Shown one piece after another: positions 13,893-27,024 of a stretch of DNA of 64,000 bases; the stretch's first letter is position 1; every line of letters starts with the position of its first letter. This DNA comes from Utricularia gibba. Taxonomy: Eukaryota > Plantae > Magnoliophyta. The notes under the pieces are model-generated. The model worked only from the letters and a program-made list of their open reading frames with translations. It made no database searches and was not told the DNA's origin. Location of the stretch: contig NEEC01000007.1 in NCBI GenBank assembly GCA_002189035.1, positions 2,976,001 through 3,040,000 on the forward strand, given 5' to 3'. Position numbers and translations under genes: made by a program.

Positions 13893-16800
13893 TTAGGTAT
13901 AGAATTTCCTTAGGTGTGATGCATTCCACGACCTTGAGAATTCCACGCCGTCTAATTGTTCTAGACGATACGCTCCTTTTCCGATTACCCTTGAAATCCG
14001 ATAAGGGCCTTCCCACTTGCGATCTAATTTTCCAACATGTCTCTGTGGTTGAATGCTTTGGAGCACCAAATCTCCCTCAGAGAATTCTCTTGGAGACACC
14101 GACTTGTTATATCGCTTCTCCGTTCTTCTTTGATGAGCCCCTAGTCGGCTATAGACATTTTGCCGTTTTTCTTCCAACAGCTCCAACTCCAACTTTCGTA
14201 GGTCGGCATTCTCTTTTTCGTTGTAATGCTCTACCTGATAGCTTTTCAGGGTTAGTTCGATAGGGCATATGGCTTCCGAACCGTAAACCAATAAGAATGG
14301 GGATTCTTCTGTGGTGGTTCGAGGGGTGGTGCGATATGACCACAACACTTCATCCAAGCGATCTGCCCATGATCCTCCAAAATCTTCAAGCTTAGTCTTC
14401 ATACCTAACCTGAGCGTTCGATTCGTTACCTCTGTGAGACTATTGCTCTGCGGGTGATACACTGAGGTGAAGTTGTGCTTGACCGTATATTTATCCAGGA
14501 ATTCCTCCATTTTTCCTCCAGCGAATTGGGTTCCATTATCGGTCACTAGTTCTTGAGGAATCCCGAACCGGATGAAGATATTTCTCCACAGAAATCAAAT
14601 AACGGTTTCCTCTGATATTTTTCCCACGGCTTCAACCTCCACCCATTTGGAGAAATATTCGACCGCCACGATGACAAATTTCCTTTGGCCTGAGGTTTGG
14701 GGGAACGGCCCCATAACATCCACTCCACATCTATCGAACGGGCACGAGAATGGAAGAGAAGTCAGGTTATGTACCGGCTTTCTCAGTGTACTCGCGTGGT
14801 ATTGGCATACTTTGCATTTCTTTACCATTTCGGTAATATCCCACTCCATAGTTGGCCAATAATACCCGGTTCTCAGGGCTTTCCTGCATAAGGATCGTAT
14901 TCCGACGTGGCTGCCACATTCCCCTTCGTGCAGATCGGTTATGAGTTCTTGAGAATGCTTCGCCCCGATACACCTCAAGAGGGATCCATCTAGGGATCTG
15001 CGATAGAGAATTCCATTTACCAATGTATATCTCTTTGCTCTAATCTCTAACTATCGGGCTTTGGATTTATCAGATGGTGTTTCTCCATTTCGTAGATATC
15101 GGACATAGGGCGATTTCCAATCATCGAGATGGTTCAGCTGTGGTGAGATATCATTTCCTGGTTGCTGGGTAATATAATTCACGGCTCGCAAGGTCACCGA
15201 AGGTTGATCCCGCAACCGAATCATCAACTTCCTTCCTCAGCTCATGAAACCTTGCAGAAAATCGGGCGAGGCTATCTGCGGATATGTTTTCCTCGCGCGC
15301 CACGTGCGACAGGGTGAATTCCTTGAAGGTCTTTGCTAGCTCCTTTACTTGAATATGGTAAATAGCCATGAGGGAGTCATGGGTTTCATATTCACCCGAA
15401 AACTGTCCTTGCACAAGTTGCGAATCGGTGTAGACGTTGAGCTCCGCAACTCCTAGTTCCTTGGAAATTTTCATTCCTTCGATCAAGGCTTCATATTCGG
15501 CCACATTGTTGGAGGCTGGGAATAAGAATTTCACCGTGATATAAATGTGTTCCCCATCCTGGGTTCGGATGTCTATTCCTCCTCCAGCGCCGTTGTATGT
15601 CGAGCCATCAACGTGCATGGCCCATCGATCATTGGCTTCCACAAAACGATCTATAGGTCTGGTCATTTCGACCACAAAATCGGCAAGGGGTTGGGCCTTG
15701 ATTGATGTTCTTGATTTAAACTCAATATCCATTGTACTCAATTCGACCGCCCATTTGGCAATCCTTTCGGAAATCTCTGGTCGAGATAGAATATTCTTCA
15801 GAGGCTAATTGGTGAATACCACAATGTGCCGATCTTGGAAATATGACCTCAGTTTTGTAGCCGCCATCTTTAGAGCCCAGATGGATTTTTCTGTCACTAT
15901 ATAACGGGTTTCGGCTGGTAACAGAACCTTGCTCACATAATACACCGGCAAGTATTTATCTGCCGAAATGGTTGTCAAGACCGCGCTGACTGCAACGGGC
16001 AATATAGACAGATATAGCCTTAAGGGCTCTCCTGCTTTCGGAGCCACAAGAAGCGGGGGGGGGGGGGATGAGAGATATCCCTTGAGTTTTTTGAAGGCAA
16101 TCTGGAAATCCTCGTTCCATTCTAAAGCGTTTCCCTTTCGCAAGACCTTGAAGAAGGATGCCGACTTATCAGCTGACCGAGATATGAAACGGCTGAGGGC
16201 AACCAATTTACCCGTGAGGCTCTGGTACTCCTTGATTGTCCTTAGGGGTTGCATTTCGCATATTGCCTTAATCTTCTCGGGGTCAGCCTCGATTCCCCTC
16301 TCCGATATGTAATGTCCCAGAAATTTTCCACTTCGCACCCCGAAGCAACATTTCAGTGGGTTGAGTTTTAACCCGTATGACCGGCACAGAGAGAAGCAAG
16401 AATCCAAATATGCTAAGTGGTCTTCTTCATTCATAGATTTTACGATCATGTCGTCCACATATACCTCCATTGAGGTACCAATTTTAGAAGAGAATATTTT
16501 ATTTACCAACCTTTGATAAGTCGCGCCAGCATTCTTTAAACCGAAAGGCATTGTCACATAGCAGTAAACCCCATCCTTGGTGTAGAAGGTGGTTTTCGGT
16601 TGGTCTCTCTTAGCAACGAAAATTTGATGGTATCCCGAATAGGCATCCATGGTGCTCAGGAATCGGGATTCGGCAATGGCGTCCACTAGCTTGTCAATCT
16701 TCGGCAAAGGATAAGGTTCCCTTTCGCAGCAAGCATTGAGGTCGGTGAAGTCAATGCACATCCTCCATTTTCCCCGGGCTTCGGGACGACGACTGGGTTA

Positions 16801-19332
16801 GCTACCCACTCGGAGTATTGGATCTCCTTCACATAACCAGCTTCCAAGAGCTCCCTTGTTTTTTCCTTGATAATTCGGCACTTTTCCTCTGAGAAATGCC
16901 GTTGCTTCTGCCGAACCGGTTTTGCCCCGGGTAGGTATCAATGTGGTGCTCGGCAACGGATCGATCAATGCCTACAAAGTCTGCAGCAGTCCAGGCAAAG
17001 ATATTGGCGTTCCTCATCAAAAGTTCAACTAACCTCTTCTCAAATTCCATGTCCAGATTGGCATCAATGCGGGTGGCTTTCTGCGGATCTTCTGGTACTA
17101 GTCGTACCGACTTGTGCCCTACCGGTTCCATTGCTTGTCTGGGGGGTTCTTGGGGCTCCTTTTCTACCATCATCACTCTCGGCTTTTTCGCGCAAGGATC
17201 TCGACAGGAAGATACTTAACAGGACCGGGCGGTTGGTTGGTCGATACCCATCGTGCAAATGCCTTAGGTGTCGAGAATTTAATTTTCAAATGCACAGTGG
17301 AGGGTAACATACCGAATTGGTTGATGCTAGGTCGCCCGAGGATGATGTTGTACGAGACCTCTGAATCCATGATTAAGAATTCCAACCTCTCGGTTCGGTT
17401 CCGCCCTGCCGCTCCAAACGTCACGGGCAAGGTTATTTTCCCGATAGTTTGTATAGCCCGCTGGTCAAACGCGTACAATTCCATGCGCACATGGCGGATA
17501 CTTCCCTCATTAGATGACGCCAGTAACTCGGCTACTTCCTTCTTCATGATGTTGCATGAGGATCCTTGATCGATGAGAATTCTCCTTACTTTGATGCTCC
17601 CGCATATTCCCGATACCACCAAGGGCTCATCTCTCGTGGCTGGGCCGATCAGGACGTCTCTGTCGGAGAAGCTGATCTCCTCCTTTTCCCAAGCGGCTTT
17701 TTCAATTGGACCATTCCCGATCTCGAAAATTTCTCCTCTTCTGGCTTCATCCAAATATCTCTTCCGTGCTTTTCTGGATACATCTATTTCGGTTCCTCCG
17801 GATATCATATGGATTTCCCGAATATAGGGGGACTACCTTGCATTTGATGGGCATTCCGTGAACTTTCTGGTCTGTCTTGTCCTCCGGGATTTGGTTCTCT
17901 GTTGTCTCTCGAGATCACCATTGCTAGTTTTGGGGGGAATTTCGGATATCGGTTCCCCTCATTCCTCGTTCGTTCGTTACGTCCTCTTTTCCAGTCCGTC
18001 GTTGACGTGGGGTTCCGTACCGCATTGTTTATCCCCCGCTTGCATGATATTGCTCGATCATCCTCTTCATTACTCGGCAGTCAGCAGTTTCATGCCCGGT
18101 GGTCTTGTGTATTTCGCAGTAGGCGTCCATTCTGGTTGGTTCCACCTGATACACTTCACGGCACTTATTCACCCTGGGCCCCGGTTAGGTTGGGTGTCTT
18201 GTTGCGGGATTGGGCGGAGCTCCACGCGGCCTTTCATCTCGGCTCTGAGGTCGTCGTCAACTCGGATATACTTCATGATTTTCCTTAGCAATTCTCCGAG
18301 ATCCTTTGGTGGGGACTTCGATAGACTCTGTCCCAATTTCGACGTTCCTAAGGCCCGCTTCATTATTTCCACCCTTTCCTTCAAATCCAACTGGACGTCT
18401 TGCACCAAGCAGTTGAATCGGTCGATGAATTTCCTCAAGCTTTCTCTACTGTGATCATACCGAATGGAGTACAACGCTGCCTTTGATGGTGGGGCCTCGA
18501 TGTTGACAGCATATCGGGTGGTGAAGAGTAGCACCAACTCCCGATAGGATCCCACGCTACATGGTTCTAACTGTTTGAACCAGATCTTGGCTCCCTTCTG
18601 GAGCGAGCAGGCAAACAACTTACACTTCATGGCTTCGGAGTGCTGGACCGTGGCCATCCTCATGTCGAAGTCGGTAACGTGAGATATAGGGTCTCCCTTC
18701 CCATCGTAGGTGGGCAGTCCATCGGGGACTCTGAATCCCCTTTCGGGCTCCTCTCGGATCAACTCATCGGAGAAAGGATCAAAACGAAGTGCAGGGGTCC
18801 TCGCAGTTCCTTCAACACTATTCTTCAAGGCTAGATCAATGTCGGCAAGGACATCTCCTCTTCCGGTGCGGACATTCTGGTCAAAAGCATCCCTGAAGCC
18901 CCTACTCTCTTTCTTTCCCGGTGGCGTTCGAGCGGTGATGAGCTTTCGTCTTTCCCGGATCTGATCCAATTCTCTTTTCAGCTCTTCTTCCCTTTCTTCC
19001 AAGATTTTTCCAGCCATGTTTTCCCTATCAGTTCATGGCTCATATATGACTTGGTTACGCCTCTTTCTTCGCAGCATCTCCTCCTCGGTTTCGGATTCAG
19101 TCTCCGTGTCCGGGGGGTAATCCGGAATAAGAGGTTGTTTCTCCGTTCGTGATGCAGTTTCGGGTGTTCCCTCCTGGGCTTTAGAGTTGAGGCCTAAAGG
19201 TGCCCGGAGGTCGGCGAGGATTTCCGTTAGCAGGGCTTTCAGTTGCTCCCTGCTAGTGATCATAAGGCCGAGGTCTCGCGCGTCGGCACTTCCGTCCTGA
19301 GTCGGGTTGGTGGCTGTGCTATTTTCCGCCAT
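13893..19332 (-). pseudogene. gag-pol of the Retand element (upstream ORF, gag, aspartic protease, RT, RNase H, additional archaeal-type RNase H, integrase)
   Basis: gag YDGKGDPISHV...CEIHKTTGHETADC; AP RILIDQGSSCNIM; RT WRMCIDFTDLN...MPFGLKNAGATYQRL...YVDDM; aRH HVDGS...SNNVAEYEAL; INT HEGECGSH...GVDVMGPF...TDNGTQF...NSLTEVTN...WEGPY; TAG stops at 15805-15807 and 15051-15053, plus 1-bp G/C-run frameshifts. Confidence 0.93.
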
Positions 19333-19390
19333 GACCCGTGATTAACAGGTGGTTCCTGTGGGTTTCTCGAGTGGGGCTGTGGAACGTGGT

Positions 19391-19405
19391 CCACGGTGGG
19401 CGCCA
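19391..19405 (-). other. Primer binding site complementary to the tRNA-Lys(CUU) 3' end
   Basis: TGGCGCCCACCGTGG on the minus strand, 4 nt after the 5' LTR end; matches the plant tRNA-Lys(CUU) end ...CCACGGTGGGCGCCA as recalled. Confidence 0.85.
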
Positions 19406-19409
19406 AAAA

Positions 19410-19897
19410 TGTTATGAGTGAAATTGGTATCGGGTGGGAAGCCGATTTAAGATGATAGGTGCGATCGGGAATGCCACACTTAGTCACGTTCTTCACAGTT
19501 GGTACGATTGAAATAAGAGTGAGCAAGGATTTTTTACGTGGAAACCGCCGGAAAGCGGAAAAACCACAGAGCTGTCGGAGCTCGCCGGAAAAGATCTTCA
19601 CTAGATGGAGGTCGCGAAGAGGAGAATACAAATTGAAGAAATCTTTTCTTGTCCAACCCGCTTTTTGTCGTAATTCCTTCTATTTGTCGGCTGCTTCCTA
19701 CGCCTGCTATAAGATCTCGCTTTTCAGATATCGGCCGCCTGTTATGCCGTAAGTCGGCCGCTTTTCAAACTATATCGTCTGGCTACTCCTGTCAGATTTC
19801 TGTCAGATATCGATCTGCCGACTGGCATTATCCCCTCAGGATCTCTTTTGGCAGTCTTTTAGGAACCGATTACCCTTGACCGATTTTTCCCCTATCA
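19410..19897 (-). repeat. 5' LTR of the Retand-like element (488 bp)
   Basis: TG...CA termini; matches 9836-10365 except for a 41-bp deletion and scattered substitutions. Confidence 0.95.
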
Positions 19898-19902
19898 GGG
19901 TA

Positions 19903-20480
19903 AATTTGAAGCTCATTCTTAGGACCTAGTTTTTATATTGTGATCATTGTGGCCATGAATTTGCGACGATACTCTTCTAGACTTGTTTCAACTAGGAGTT
20001 AGCTAATTTACTCATGCTCGATCCGTGATTTCTAGGGCCAAACTGCCAGTTACAATGATGTTTGAATTCTGACCAAATCAACTCATAATATTTATTCTAG
20101 ATCTAGATAAACCAATCTTGTGCAGAGCTCTCCAACTGTGCAGCCACAACTGCAACTTTGATTTCCTCTAGGGTTTTAAGATACTTGAACACTTGCTCAC
20201 AATGATTGAGCCATCGTAATGGGCTAGTGGAGCCGTCGTATTTAGGGATCTTCAGCCAGAGAGGTTAGATTCCTATCCTTTTAGTTGAATAGCTAGATTC
20301 ACTCTTATGGGTTCTGTTGGTATTTGAAGTCTCCACCATAGCTTCTTGAGTAGTTGAGTGCAAGCATGTTTCTAGTGTTAACGTCTGCATCTCCTGGAGA
20401 AGCTCATCCTTAGTTTCCAGAAGCATGCTCTTAGACAACTCTTTCAGTTTAGATTCCTCCATGACACAAGCCATAGGAGT
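19903..20480 (-). pseudogene. gag of the old chromovirus (continues at 9830 across the Retand insertion)
   Basis: KIPKYDGSTSPLRWLNHCEQVF...KVAVVAAQLESSAQDWF...SLEEYRRKF; degenerate PBS TGGTATTAGAAC at about 20483-20494. Confidence 0.8.
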
Positions 20481-20495
20481 TTGTTCTAATACCAA

Positions 20496-20815
20496 AGTAT
20501 TATGTGCAGAAGTTTGCGAATGAGTAACAGGTCCTTGCATTTGAAAATTAACCAGGATTGAAGACAAAAGCCTAGATGAACTGGGTCTACACACTGAATA
20601 TTTTTTAGGAGCTATGTTAAACAAAAGCTAGAGGTTTCCAAAAAAGCCCTCTATTATAAAATGATGTCTTTTTATATCTTTGACAGTAGCTCTTGGTTGC
20701 TTTCTAGAATAAACTAATAATTATTTGACTTCTTTTCAGCTTGACTTCTTGCTCACTTCAGCTCTTGCTCAAATGTTGTCTCCAACTAGTCATGGGGTGA
20801 ATAAGCTCATTTAGC
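20496..20815 (-). repeat. 5' LTR of the old chromovirus
   Basis: Homologous to 5403-5737; adjacent to a degenerate tRNA-Met PBS. Confidence 0.7.
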
Positions 20816-21303
20816 AACTTATTTTATATTTGATTATATTATGTCAAATGGGGTTGTGCTAATGCTTGGAATCCAAAGTTACTTTTGCAAGATAGAAACC
20901 CCCACATTTGAAGTGATTATTTATGTAAAGTCAAATTATCTTTCTCCATGTGAAGCATTTTGATTGATGAATTATATTTTGGCTCTATGGTGAAGTCTTC
21001 AATTTATAATTAGAATTAGGTTGTATCTTTTCATTTCATTGGTAATTTGTATGTATTTGATTTGATTCTTGCATTTGGTAATTGTTATAAAATATGTAGT
21101 TTTTTATGAATTGTAACTTTGAGTTACTATAGAATTTATAAGATGAACCACATTAAATGTGTTGTGTTATTTTTTTTCTAACTTAATAACACAATTTAAA
21201 TTTAAGCCATTAAGTTGAATGCTAGATGTTCAAATATCTTGAATTACACTTTGGCTCCTAGTGAATTTAATAAAGTTTTTGGGTGCAAAACAACTTTTGA
21301 AAT

Positions 21304-21770
21304 GTGAAAAAAAATGTGAAATTAATTTATGAAGAAGTGATAAAGTTGAAAAATAAATCGAATATGCTGATGCATGAATTTGAGATATTCATTATGCTTT
21401 CAAATGAAACTCTCTATAGCATACAACAGAGATTTACTCTTTTGTGCAATAAGATTGAGGTTCTTGGGAAGTCTTTATCAAATGAAAACAAAAACTTCAA
21501 AATCTTGAGAAGTTTGGATGTTTCTTGGACAAGTATTAAGACTACTTTACATGAAACTCTTTATAACGTACATGTATGATTCTAATGAATCTTATTCTGA
21601 TTCTGAATTGGATGATAATGATATTATACTTCTTGTCAAAAAAAAAAATCATTTCTTAAGATCAGGAGTAAGGAAAGGAGAAAGTTGAAAGATCAGAAAA
21701 AGGGAGTAAATTACATGCTATAATTGTAAGAAATCGGTTCATATTCATGCTAATTGCCTTGAATTGTAGG
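21304..21770 (+). mobile_element. Ty1/copia gag fragment (UBN2-like domain plus zinc knuckle)
   Basis: NMLMHEFEIF...NETLYSIQQRFTLLCNKIEVLGKSL...KILRSL; CYNCKKSVHIHANC at about 21716-21760. Confidence 0.7.
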
Positions 21771-22593
21771 AAAAAGAAAAGAGCCATTAATAGGAGAAGA
21801 AAACGGCTGTTGATGATTAATTATGTTAATTATTACAAATAGTAAAGATTGTTTATACCAAATTATTTATGTAAACAGCAGAGTTTAATTTTTTGAGGAC
21901 TAAAAATTCAATTTTCTAAATTGTGGGGGCTGACGCCTGTTTAATCTTGCCACTGTAGTTTTTACTTGTATGATATTTACTAACTCTTTCACTTTCTGAA
22001 ACACCAGTACCTGTGTTAACCTCGCCTTGAATCCAATGCTTGTTTCTTATCTTACTCCAACCTTGCCTTCAGCACCTGGATGACGACACACCAACCTCAG
22101 GGACGAAAGCCCGGGAAATTGGTGGAGGTTTCACAACAGGGTCCTGTTCTCAGTCGTCTGTGATTCAGAGAAGCTCAACACACCAACCTCACTGGCGAGT
22201 TCTTGCCAGTAAAACCGCTAGTTTCAGAGGGTTTTCATGTTTGCCTGTGGATACAGTACACATGTACTCCCGGTAGACATTATCAATGAGATTCGATTCA
22301 CAGTTTCAGTTTCCATGTTCTGCTCTCGTTGGATTTCATGGCAGATGATACTACTAACCAAAACAAGAACACAACTCTGTGAAAAGTCATTTTCGTTTTG
22401 AATAATAGGATCCATCAAAAACAGCAAAGCCAAAGGTTGGAGAGTAGTCCTTCCCTTATTGGCTGCTACAAATACTTGTCTCTAATTTTCCAAAACAAGG
22501 CAACCGAATAAACTCCGAGTGGCAGGAGTGTCTCAGAGCAAGTCAAGTATGGAGATAAAGGAAAAAGATGAACCTTTTTTCGCATTGACCAGT

Positions 22594-23904
22594 TCATTCA
22601 CGTTGTCTCCGGTGCCTGAAATGCCTGATGATGAAGCTTTCTGCGTAGAGAGGATAATTTTTCCTTATCAAACCTTTGATGCATTTCCAGTACGAAAAAT
22701 CGACCAGGTCCCCATCTGTACGCTTGATGAACATGCATTTTGAGTTTTGGAAAGTTGGGTGGTATCCAATCTGTCGACCAAAAAACAACAAAGGCCTTCA
22801 GCATCAAACACGAAAGAGAGGCATATAAAAGGGGTTCATTCATCTGACATTCAAAAGATCATGAACTCGACACACAGATGTGAAAAACTTTCAAGATGGA
22901 GTTATTTGTTAGGGAAAATGGAACCTCGTTCCTTCACCCCTAACCTCCATTTTTCTGATATGATTTCGCATAAACATCACTACCCAGAATCGAGACTCTC
23001 TCCTTCACCCTTTCTTTCAAGAACAACACCGCTTCGTTTTGCCATGCATGTCCCTACTAAGAATCTAGCCTCATCCCTTCACGCCCCAACTGCCATGCCT
23101 ATGACCATCATCTACATCTATTTTTCAAATGCGCCCACTCATTTCTTTCATAGGCAACAACTCAATGATTTTCTCATAAACATCACTGCTGAGAATCGAA
23201 CCTCAGTCTTCTACCATACCCTCCATGCTCTTTGTCGCCAAATTCCTCTCTTGATAAAGTGAAAGAACAAAAAACGATGTAATTTGCAGAATGAGAAAAG
23301 CAGAGCAATACCACGATGTAGTCCACTCCACAACCAATCTTCTTTTCATACTCGGGATGATATGGAAGCAACCTATCCAAAATCGCCGTTGTGTGCTCGG
23401 GACTCAACCTATCTCCAACCTCATACCTGCAGTGTTGCAAAGTCATCATCAAAATATGTGCTTTCCATCTGCAATTTACATGAAACTCGAGGAAACAGGG
23501 ACAACATTCAGGCAAAAGGCTTACTTTCCAGAGAAAAGAATCATCCTAACAAACCCAACAAGGGGCACGGTTTCTTCCAAAATCTGATCCTCCCAATCCA
23601 CCCACGTGTCGCCTTCACCACCCGTCTTCTCATCCTCATCATCATCCACCGGCTCTTGCTCGTCATCAGCACTCGGCAGCGGTGCCACCGGCTTTTTCAA
23701 CAACTCCGCTCCATACACCGCCGCCTCCTTACTGCTTCGTACTACCCCATCGCCCTCATCCACTGTGCCCACCGCCAAAGTTCTCGAATTTCGCCGCAAC
23801 GGAAAGGATACGGAAAATGGGTACGCGATTGAGTTCAGGGAAATGGGGTTTCTCCGATCCAACGAACATATATTCGCCGAATTCGAAGACGCAACAAACG
23901 CCAT
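22594..23904 (-). CDS. DCL: DEFECTIVE CHLOROPLASTS AND LEAVES (DUF3223) protein; exons 23525-23904, 23312-23426, 22594-22770
   Basis: Transit-peptide-like N-terminus, WVDWEDQILEETVPLVGFVRMIL, YEVGDRLSPEH...LLPYHP..EKKIGCGVDYI, DFSYWKCIKGLI; GT-AG junctions in frame. Confidence 0.93.
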
Positions 23905-24876
23905 AAATAAAAATCACTTCTCCTTGTGATCATACGCAGGATCCACGAAACATATCAATAAAAAATGCACTCAAATGGTAACGCAAACCACGACCTATCT
24001 CATCTAAAGGCAGTCAATAAGCAGCGAACAGTAAAGCACCCCATTTCCCCCGGTAAGCTGATACAATTGGCTGTTTTAAAGCTACGCTTTTTGAAGTTAC
24101 GGAGTTCGTGAAACAAGACTTGAACGAAGTTACAGCTCTTTCAACTGTGGCTCATAAGAGCATGTGGCTGTGAATAGGATAAGTAGGGCCACTATGCATT
24201 TCTGTATCTCCCATTGCAGCTTCTCCATGGCAACATAGTGAAGGGAACGCAATTTCGTGTTGGAAGATGGTGCTTCTCTGTTCCAAAAAACTATGTAGAC
24301 GGGGCCAACTTTTGGCATTTTTTTCTGGTAATTGGCCTGCACAGGATGGCTCTTGTTCTTCTTCTGTGCCTCTACTTCAGCAACGCCAGGCATGGCTGCT
24401 GGGGCTCCATCCTGCGCATTCTTGTGTAAGCGTGCTAGTGACACTCATGCTGGCCCAAACGATGATCGAAAACAACAGTTGTCCAATCCATGGCATGCAG
24501 CAGATCATTCAAATGCTACTTGGATCAAGTTTGAACAATTTCTTTTTGAGTAATGGTATGAATAAATACCCTGCATTTCGTGCAGGGAAAAACTCAGGAA
24601 TGAAACATTAACACCCCAAAACTTCTACCTGAGTATAGTTACTCCAGCAAAAACGCAGGAGGCAAGTGCACAAACAGCACGGTGAAAACTCATGGGTTCC
24701 TTGTCTCTGCATTGGAGAAACGGCTCAGTCTCCGGACTGTTTTACTTGTTTTCAATCACACTGGGAGAAATGGAACCAAGAACAGGCAGGCCATGGCTAT
24801 CCATTGCTCTTGCTATAATGTTTAATAGCTGCAGCATGGAAGATGGTGAGGAAAAGAGTATAGGATTAGGAGAAAC

Positions 24877-27024
24877 TCAAGGATTGTAAACAGTTGTGGG
24901 AGAATTAGAATTACGTTTTTTCCCTTCCATGGCCTCTTTCTTCTCCTGGCAGCTCAAGCAAAGAAGAGGGCCATGCCAGGGCCTTGGTTTTCCAGGATTG
25001 CTTGTTCCAGAATGTATTGAAAAACCTTCTCCGGGTTTTAGGCTCGCTTGGCAGATAGCACACACGAACAGCTTAAACATATTGCACACTGGGTACTTCG
25101 AGTTCAACCTACATTCCAAAAGCAGAAGTCGAGCCGAATGCACCAAGAGACTCTATTGATCATCCAAAAACTGAATGATAGGGTAGCATACAGATGCAAA
25201 CCTTTCAGAAAGTAAAGATGATCCTTCCTCAAAGAGCTCCTTAACTGAATCTTGTTTACAGTGTGCTGCTTCTTCCTGGCTTGTTTGAGAACATGACTCA
25301 ATTGGCTTTCTTCGGAATATCGAGTTAAATGCTTTCTTTTTCATGGGGGCTTCGAAGGGTCAGACCTTTCTTGGGGCTGAATATCCACAACGATACATGT
25401 TGTATCATCTAGAAGACCTTTAGCTTCCACAGCTTCCTGGAAGTATCACAAAACAGACATCATAACTGCAATACGACACCAGGTGGAGAATTCAACTGTG
25501 GTTGGAGGATGCCAAGAAAATATCTACTTTGACTATCTGCCAAGCTGCAGCCTCAGCAGGCATTCCTCTACAGCACTCGAAAGCTGCTTTGGAGGATAAG
25601 GCATCCCAAACACCGTCACTTGCAACTACGAGGCGTCCACCACTTGATGATAGCTGGTTATATTTTCAGAGTTAGTTCAGTCTCTGGTCACGCATGAATG
25701 CTGCAGAGGGAGAATTTCTGCATTGGAGAAAAACAGTGACGTTCTCTTTCAATGAACCAGATAAATAACTGACCTTTACTTGCTTCACATGCGGTACAGG
25801 AACTATGAGCTCTCCAACATCCATGTCGCCAATCGATCTTGAAAGACACAAACCGCCTGGCCAACATCTCAGTGGTCCAATCTGCAATGGATGACCATAT
25901 CTTTGAGTGCCTAAAAGCATGTCAAGTTGTTCAAAAATCACTACCTCTGTGCCACCTCCGGTATTGAGACGACAAACCTCATAGCCATTTGCAGTAATTC
26001 TTTTTCTTCTGTTTAAGAAATTGAACAGATCGCATAACTAATGGAAAGACACAATCAGTGCCAAAAAGAACTAGACAGCAAACACGCACTCTTCTTCACT
26101 TGTGTCAAGCCGATGATCAGCTGACAGATGATATATACCACCATCAGCAGATTCAAGGACACAAAGAGAATCTCCCACCGATGCAACAGTTAGTATCCAG
26201 TCCTTGATAATCAGAAATGTAGCTGTTGTTCCTGATGATGCCGCTGGTAGCAAAAGAAAACAATCAGCAGCAGTAGATATGAATACGCACCACTTCAGCT
26301 TATAAGAATCCCACATGCACTATCCAAAGATAAAAGTGTAAGGGCATTGGCTAACACGGACTGCATTGAAAGAGAACTGAGTCAATGCAAACATTCTATC
26401 ACTGAAATTTGCACAAGCACAAACCGTTTCCCTGGAAATCTTTGTCAGTTTTCACAAATCCAGAGACCATAGCCCGAGGCAGCACAGAAATCCACTCCTC
26501 TGTGTTGAGATCAGGCGGAATGGCGTTCAATACATTGCTCAGGAGATTCTCTTTAGCATACAAAGCTGCTGAAGGTCCATTGTGACCATCAAACAACTGA
26601 AACGAAGATATTCTAAGATTAACAAAGCCGTGTCTAAGTGCGTCAGTTACCACGAAGAAACCTGGTGAAAATAGTGAACAGAAAGTCTACAACGGATTCG
26701 ACTTTATAACAGTGTGTAACAGTGAAACGCTCAAAGACAAGGCAAGTATATGTCTTCAACATTCTGCATCAGAGTGAAGGCTGAATCACTTTCCAATCAG
26801 TGACGAAATTCAAAAAGCTTACCCCAAAAACTGAATATGTACTAACACCGTCACCAAGAGTCCTTTGACAGTCTGTCTTGATGAAGGTGCAATCCTCCCT
26901 TTCTTACTCTGACTGGCCTGGCCGTGTGAAATCTCCGATTTCACTATCTTCCATCGGCGATTTCCTTCTTCAGCAACAAGGAAAGTGAAGTTTTTTGGTG
27001 ATCCACACTCATGGACAACAACAT
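24877..27024 (-). CDS. Protein phosphatase 2C (At1g47380/PP2C12-like); two 1-bp deletions in the first exon (about 26951 and 26898); exact C-terminal exon uncertain
   Basis: LFDGHNGPSAALYAKENLL, SGTTATF...VASVGDS, IGPLRCWPGGLCLSRSIGDMDVG, SDGVWDA, KYPVCNMFKLFVCAICQ...LCLSCQEKKEAMEGK; start ATG at 27024 or 27012. Confidence 0.9.

Larger units (their letters stand above)
9836..19897 (-). mobile_element. Full-length Ty3/gypsy Tat-lineage (Retand-like) LTR retrotransposon
   Basis: Two LTRs about 95% identical, 5-bp TSD GGGTA (9831-9835 and 19898-19902), PBS, PPT, gag-AP-RT-RH-aRH-INT order and a 3' antisense ORF region. Confidence 0.95.
5403..20815 (-). mobile_element. Old degenerate Ty3/gypsy chromovirus (short LTRs, Reina-like) hosting two later insertions
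   Basis: Minus-strand order: LTR (about 20496-20815), degenerate Met PBS, gag (KIPKYDGSTSPLRWLNHCEQVF), protease (LLDFGSSHSF, about 9590-9630), RT (EFLVMRFGLNNAPASFQRL...LVFFDNILVYS), RNase H (AMVYAIKHWKQYLWGR), integrase (ILVVVDWLNKYAHFIPL; HPVFHVSKLK), chromodomain remnant, LTR (about 5403-5737). Confidence 0.8.

Noticed and set aside
16055-16067. G13 run inside the Retand RT-RNase H region as a functional element
   Set aside because: In-frame slippage expansion (SPPPP instead of the usual SPP), or an uncertain homopolymer length
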